From positions 1-64,000 of IMG/VR virus record IMGVR_UViG_3300020473_000013: DNA of 64,000 nucleotides; one strand, 5' to 3'. Both the position numbers and the translations under genes were made by a program. This document shows positions 62,593-64,000 of the stretch, one piece after another. Within the stretch, counting starts at the first letter, position 1; each line of letters begins with the position of its first letter. The notes under the pieces were generated by a model. It saw only the letters and a program-made list of their open reading frames with translations. It was not told the origin of the DNA and searched no databases.

Positions 62593-64000
62593 CTAGTGCA
62601 TGTCGCTTAGGGCTTCGATGAGGCTGCGCTTGAACTCGTCGTCTGGCACTGTGATGATGTCACCGAAGGAGGCGACAACAATGTTGGCGTATCGGTCGAA
62701 GTCGATTCGACCTTGAAAGGACTCCTTGTCATACCCGTGAGCAATGTATCGGACAGCACGTTCTCCGTCCAACCTCTCCTTCAACATCACCTTACGCATA
62801 CGTTTGAAGGTAGGGCTAGTTATCAGGTGTCGGTCTTGAATGTCGGACCAATAGTCGTGTGCGAACTTGCGCTCATCCGCAGTCAGCAAGGTCTCCGACT
62901 GCCTTACGGAATCCCGAATCGCGGCATGGTCCTTGTCGGATAGTAGGCCAGCAAGCACCAGTATTGCGCCCATAAACCTATCGTAAGGTTGGTCAATGAT
63001 AGTTGTGCTAGTGTGGACAGCGGATTCCACCGAGCTGCGCACATCACCGTGAACTTGGCGCAGGTCCTCCTGCTTTGCGATCTTGATGTCTGACAGTATA
63101 GAATTTACAACTTTGTCATTCTTCGGGAACGCAAACAGGCGTTTGGATTTAGGTAGGGACTTTTTGGCCGTCAACCGATTGCCACGATATGCGTAAGAGC
63201 TGGTCGTCTTTCCGTAGGTATACCCCTGAACGGAAATGCGGTACCTGACTCGTATACTCTCCAGAAGCTCAGGGACCTGAGGCTTGAACGGGTGCGCCGA
63301 ATGAAGTATCACGTACCGATCCTGCGGCATTTCGACAAGGAGGACATACTCAGGTTGAGCGAGTGTCGCCTCCTTAATGTCGTTCTCCGTTACGTCAATG
63401 TTGTATCCAAACTTGTTAAGGCGGTGCATGTCTTCCAAGAACAGAGGACCGTGATCCGCGTTCGCGTACCTGCGGTCCTGATCCTCAAAGAGACGCTTGT
63501 GGTGCTTAATGTGGATCATTTCGTGGAGCACGATGGAACAGATGCGCGGTATATCCGTCAATGCTCGCTTGCTAATCCGCAGCTTGTATTCCACATTGAC
63601 GGGCGAATGAGCGCGAGTGACGGCTTGTCCAGAAAGACGAGTAGATTCCGACAACTGGACGGTGAGTTTTGACGGAAGCTCATTATCGAAATGGAGCTTG
63701 TTGAAGTAGTGATACAGGCGAAGGATGTCAGCCTTCTTAGGAGGCATCGGTATGCTTGGAAAGTATTTGGAAGGCTTAGCCTGAGGCTGTCCTTCGGGTA
63801 CGTGCGTGCGTGTCTTGCGCGCAGGCTTTTTCTTGTCCAAACCACCGACCCCAGGAGTCAGCTTCACACCACGAATGGTTGCCTTGTAGCCCGTCGAGCG
63901 ACGAACGACTTTAGCGACTTCCTTCTCCGTGAGGGTGAAGTTGACCTTGGGGTTGGTAATGTCGATCAGTTTGTACTGACCTCGATACTTCCGAATGCCG
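62593..64000 (-). CDS. SprT-like metalloprotease-domain protein (5' end outside window)
   Basis: YHYFNKLHF...L, IVLHEMIH (HExxH), HG..F motifs; the frame stays open upstream of the track's GTG to base 64000. Confidence 0.8.
   Translation of the reverse strand, partial: GIRKYRGQYKLIDITNPKVNFTLTEKEVAKVVRRSTGYKATIRGVKLTPGVGGLDKKKPARKTRTHVPEGQPQAKPSKYFPSIPMPPKKADILRLYHYFNKLHFDNELPSKLTVQLSESTRLSGQAVTRAHSPVNVEYKLRISKRALTDIPRICSIVLHEMIHIKHHKRLFEDQDRRYANADHGPLFLEDMHRLNKFGYNIDVTENDIKEATLAQPEYVLLVEMPQDRYVILHSAHPFKPQVPELLESIRVRYRISVQGYTYGKTTSSYAYRGNRLTAKKSLPKSKRLFAFPKNDKVVNSILSDIKIAKQEDLRQVHGDVRSSVESAVHTSTTIIDQPYDRFMGAILVLAGLLSDKDHAAIRDSVRQSETLLTADERKFAHDYWSDIQDRHLITSPTFKRMRKVMLKERLDGERAVRYIAHGYDKESFQGRIDFDRYANIVVASFGDIITVPDDEFKRSLIEALSDMH

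Noticed and set aside
1-64000. Genome-wide TGA recoding suggested by the internal stop at 12806
   Set aside because: Many genes terminate at TGA with ATGA overlaps and conserved C-terminal motifs; only one interrupted gene was found.

Overview
A 64-kb, almost fully coding segment of a large contractile-tailed (myovirus-type, probably jumbo) bacteriophage genome. No host genes, rRNA, tRNA, CRISPR array, integrase or transposase were recognised. Nearly all genes are on the minus strand. Reading in transcription order (right to left): (i) an accessory/enzyme block: SprT-like protein (runs off the window), SleB-type cell-wall hydrolase, HD hydrolase, Nudix hydrolase, two PD-(D/E)XK-type nucleases, P-loop kinase, type IB topoisomerase, plus a short plus-strand island with thymidylate synthase; (ii) a baseplate module: PAAR-like spike, gp25-like protein, gp6/J-like wedge, 1987-aa repeat-rich wedge protein, tail-fibre attachment protein; (iii) five collagen-like fibre genes with a 1096-aa multidomain adhesin and two putative fibre chaperones; (iv) a membrane/periplasmic trio; (v) an approximately 18-kb superfamily of fibre/whisker-like genes that includes a tandem array of 17 paralogues sharing an N-terminal module fused to swappable C-terminal domains, interrupted by duplicated pairs of mini-proteins that resemble that module alone; (vi) an RCC1-repeat protein, large virion-type proteins and a lysis cassette. 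The strongest candidates for undescribed biology are the modular adhesin array with its stand-alone mini-proteins and the register-matched collagen set (Cys in the 10th triplet of all five chains, opposite net charges). Smaller signals are a recurrent TAATTT(A/G/C) upstream motif and an in-frame TGA in one array member. Product calls come from motif recognition only; no database searches were run. Several starts were moved from the ORF track to the ATG/GTG that follows a Shine-Dalgarno sequence, and three ORFs under 60 aa that the track missed were added.
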